A stretch of 63,214 nt of DNA, filler included, from Octopus bimaculoides (lineage: Eukaryota), in the NCBI RefSeq assembly GCF_001194135.2. It is 4 parts of 4 records of this genome, joined end to end, with 100 filler letters (N's around TTAATTAATTAA, not from the genome) between each part and the next. Parts side by side here need not be neighbours in the genome. Positions count along the whole stretch, not along the records: positions 60,771 to 63,214 come from NC_069007.1; 3 more parts are not named here. One strand, given 5' to 3'. Below are positions 62,515 through 63,214 of this stretch, in pieces; position 1 is the stretch's first letter; the number at the start of each line of letters is the position of its first letter. A program made the position numbers and the translations under genes. Below the pieces are notes generated by a model. That model saw nothing but the letters and a program-made list of their open reading frames with translations, was not told where the DNA came from and did no database searches.

Positions 62515-63060
62515 CATCTATCTATCTATCTACCTATCTATCTTTCTTCTTACCCATCTCCCCCTCTCACTCCGCTTCCTTCTGTTGTCCCTGCTTCTCC
62601 CCTTCACTGCTATACACATCTCTCTCTTTCTCCCTGGCTCTCACGTTTGTTCCACTTCCTCCCTCTACCACTCCTCTCTCCTCACATGTGACTCGTGGTC
62701 AATTCTCTCTTTCTCATTCCAGCCAGCATGAAGGCGAGACGAACCTGTTTTTTCTCCGTCCAGCTTCGTCATATCACTAGCGTTCAATATCCGATTCGCA
62801 TTTGGTCCTACGGCTTTTTAATGTTGTTTTCACTGTCCATTTTTTCCTGTCTTGGTTTGTGTTTGCTACCTTGGAATCCTCTGTTTAGTGGGTTGATCCA
62901 CTACTCAGGAAGAAACTATTCTAAGAGTGCGTCCTGCCTTATCTTCGAAACGCCTAGTTTAGAATAGAGGCAGCTGATGAAGGAATAATTCCACAAGTGG
63001 CTATTTGTTTTCCTATGTGTTCGTTCCGTTGTCTGTAGTTCATTTTTCTAACGTCCTGTA
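62430..63060 (+). mobile_element. Probable Penelope-like 3' tail
   Basis: Pyrimidine-rich tract followed by CTGATGAAGGAATAATTCC (62974-62992); no ORF visible. Confidence 0.4.
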
Positions 63061-63136
63061 CCCGAATATGCATCTATATACACATCTTGATGTAAGTATG
63101 TACATATATGTGTGAATACATGCTTATATATCCTTT

Positions 63137-63214
<78 letters not shown>

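Overview
AT-rich eukaryotic DNA with about 8% N gaps, dense in microsatellites and tRNA-derived SINEs. The repeat content points to an octopus genome; this is an inference and the species cannot be fixed from sequence alone. One host gene is recoverable on the + strand, with its 5' end missing. It has five phase-1 exons (4951-5070, 14770-14844, 20735-20797, 22304-22375, 24661-24938) that splice to LDLa domain + Thr-rich stalk (two exons are tandem duplicates) + CxCxC/helical juxtamembrane module + TM helix. An in-frame TAG (24840-24842) sits immediately before the TM helix. The rest is transposon debris: several SINE-like families, RTE and CR1-type LINE fragments, Penelope-like (GIY-YIG) fragments, Tigger, Chapaev3-like and pogo/Tc2-like DNA elements, MITEs and Helitron-like ends. 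The main unexplained signals are (i) the stop codon separating ectodomain from TM anchor, (ii) several type-I hammerhead ribozyme folds, including a 629-bp element made of two back-to-back hammerhead-bearing arms, and (iii) a covarying two-hairpin 3' tail shared by a SINE family and a CR1-type LINE. All folds and alignments were done by eye.
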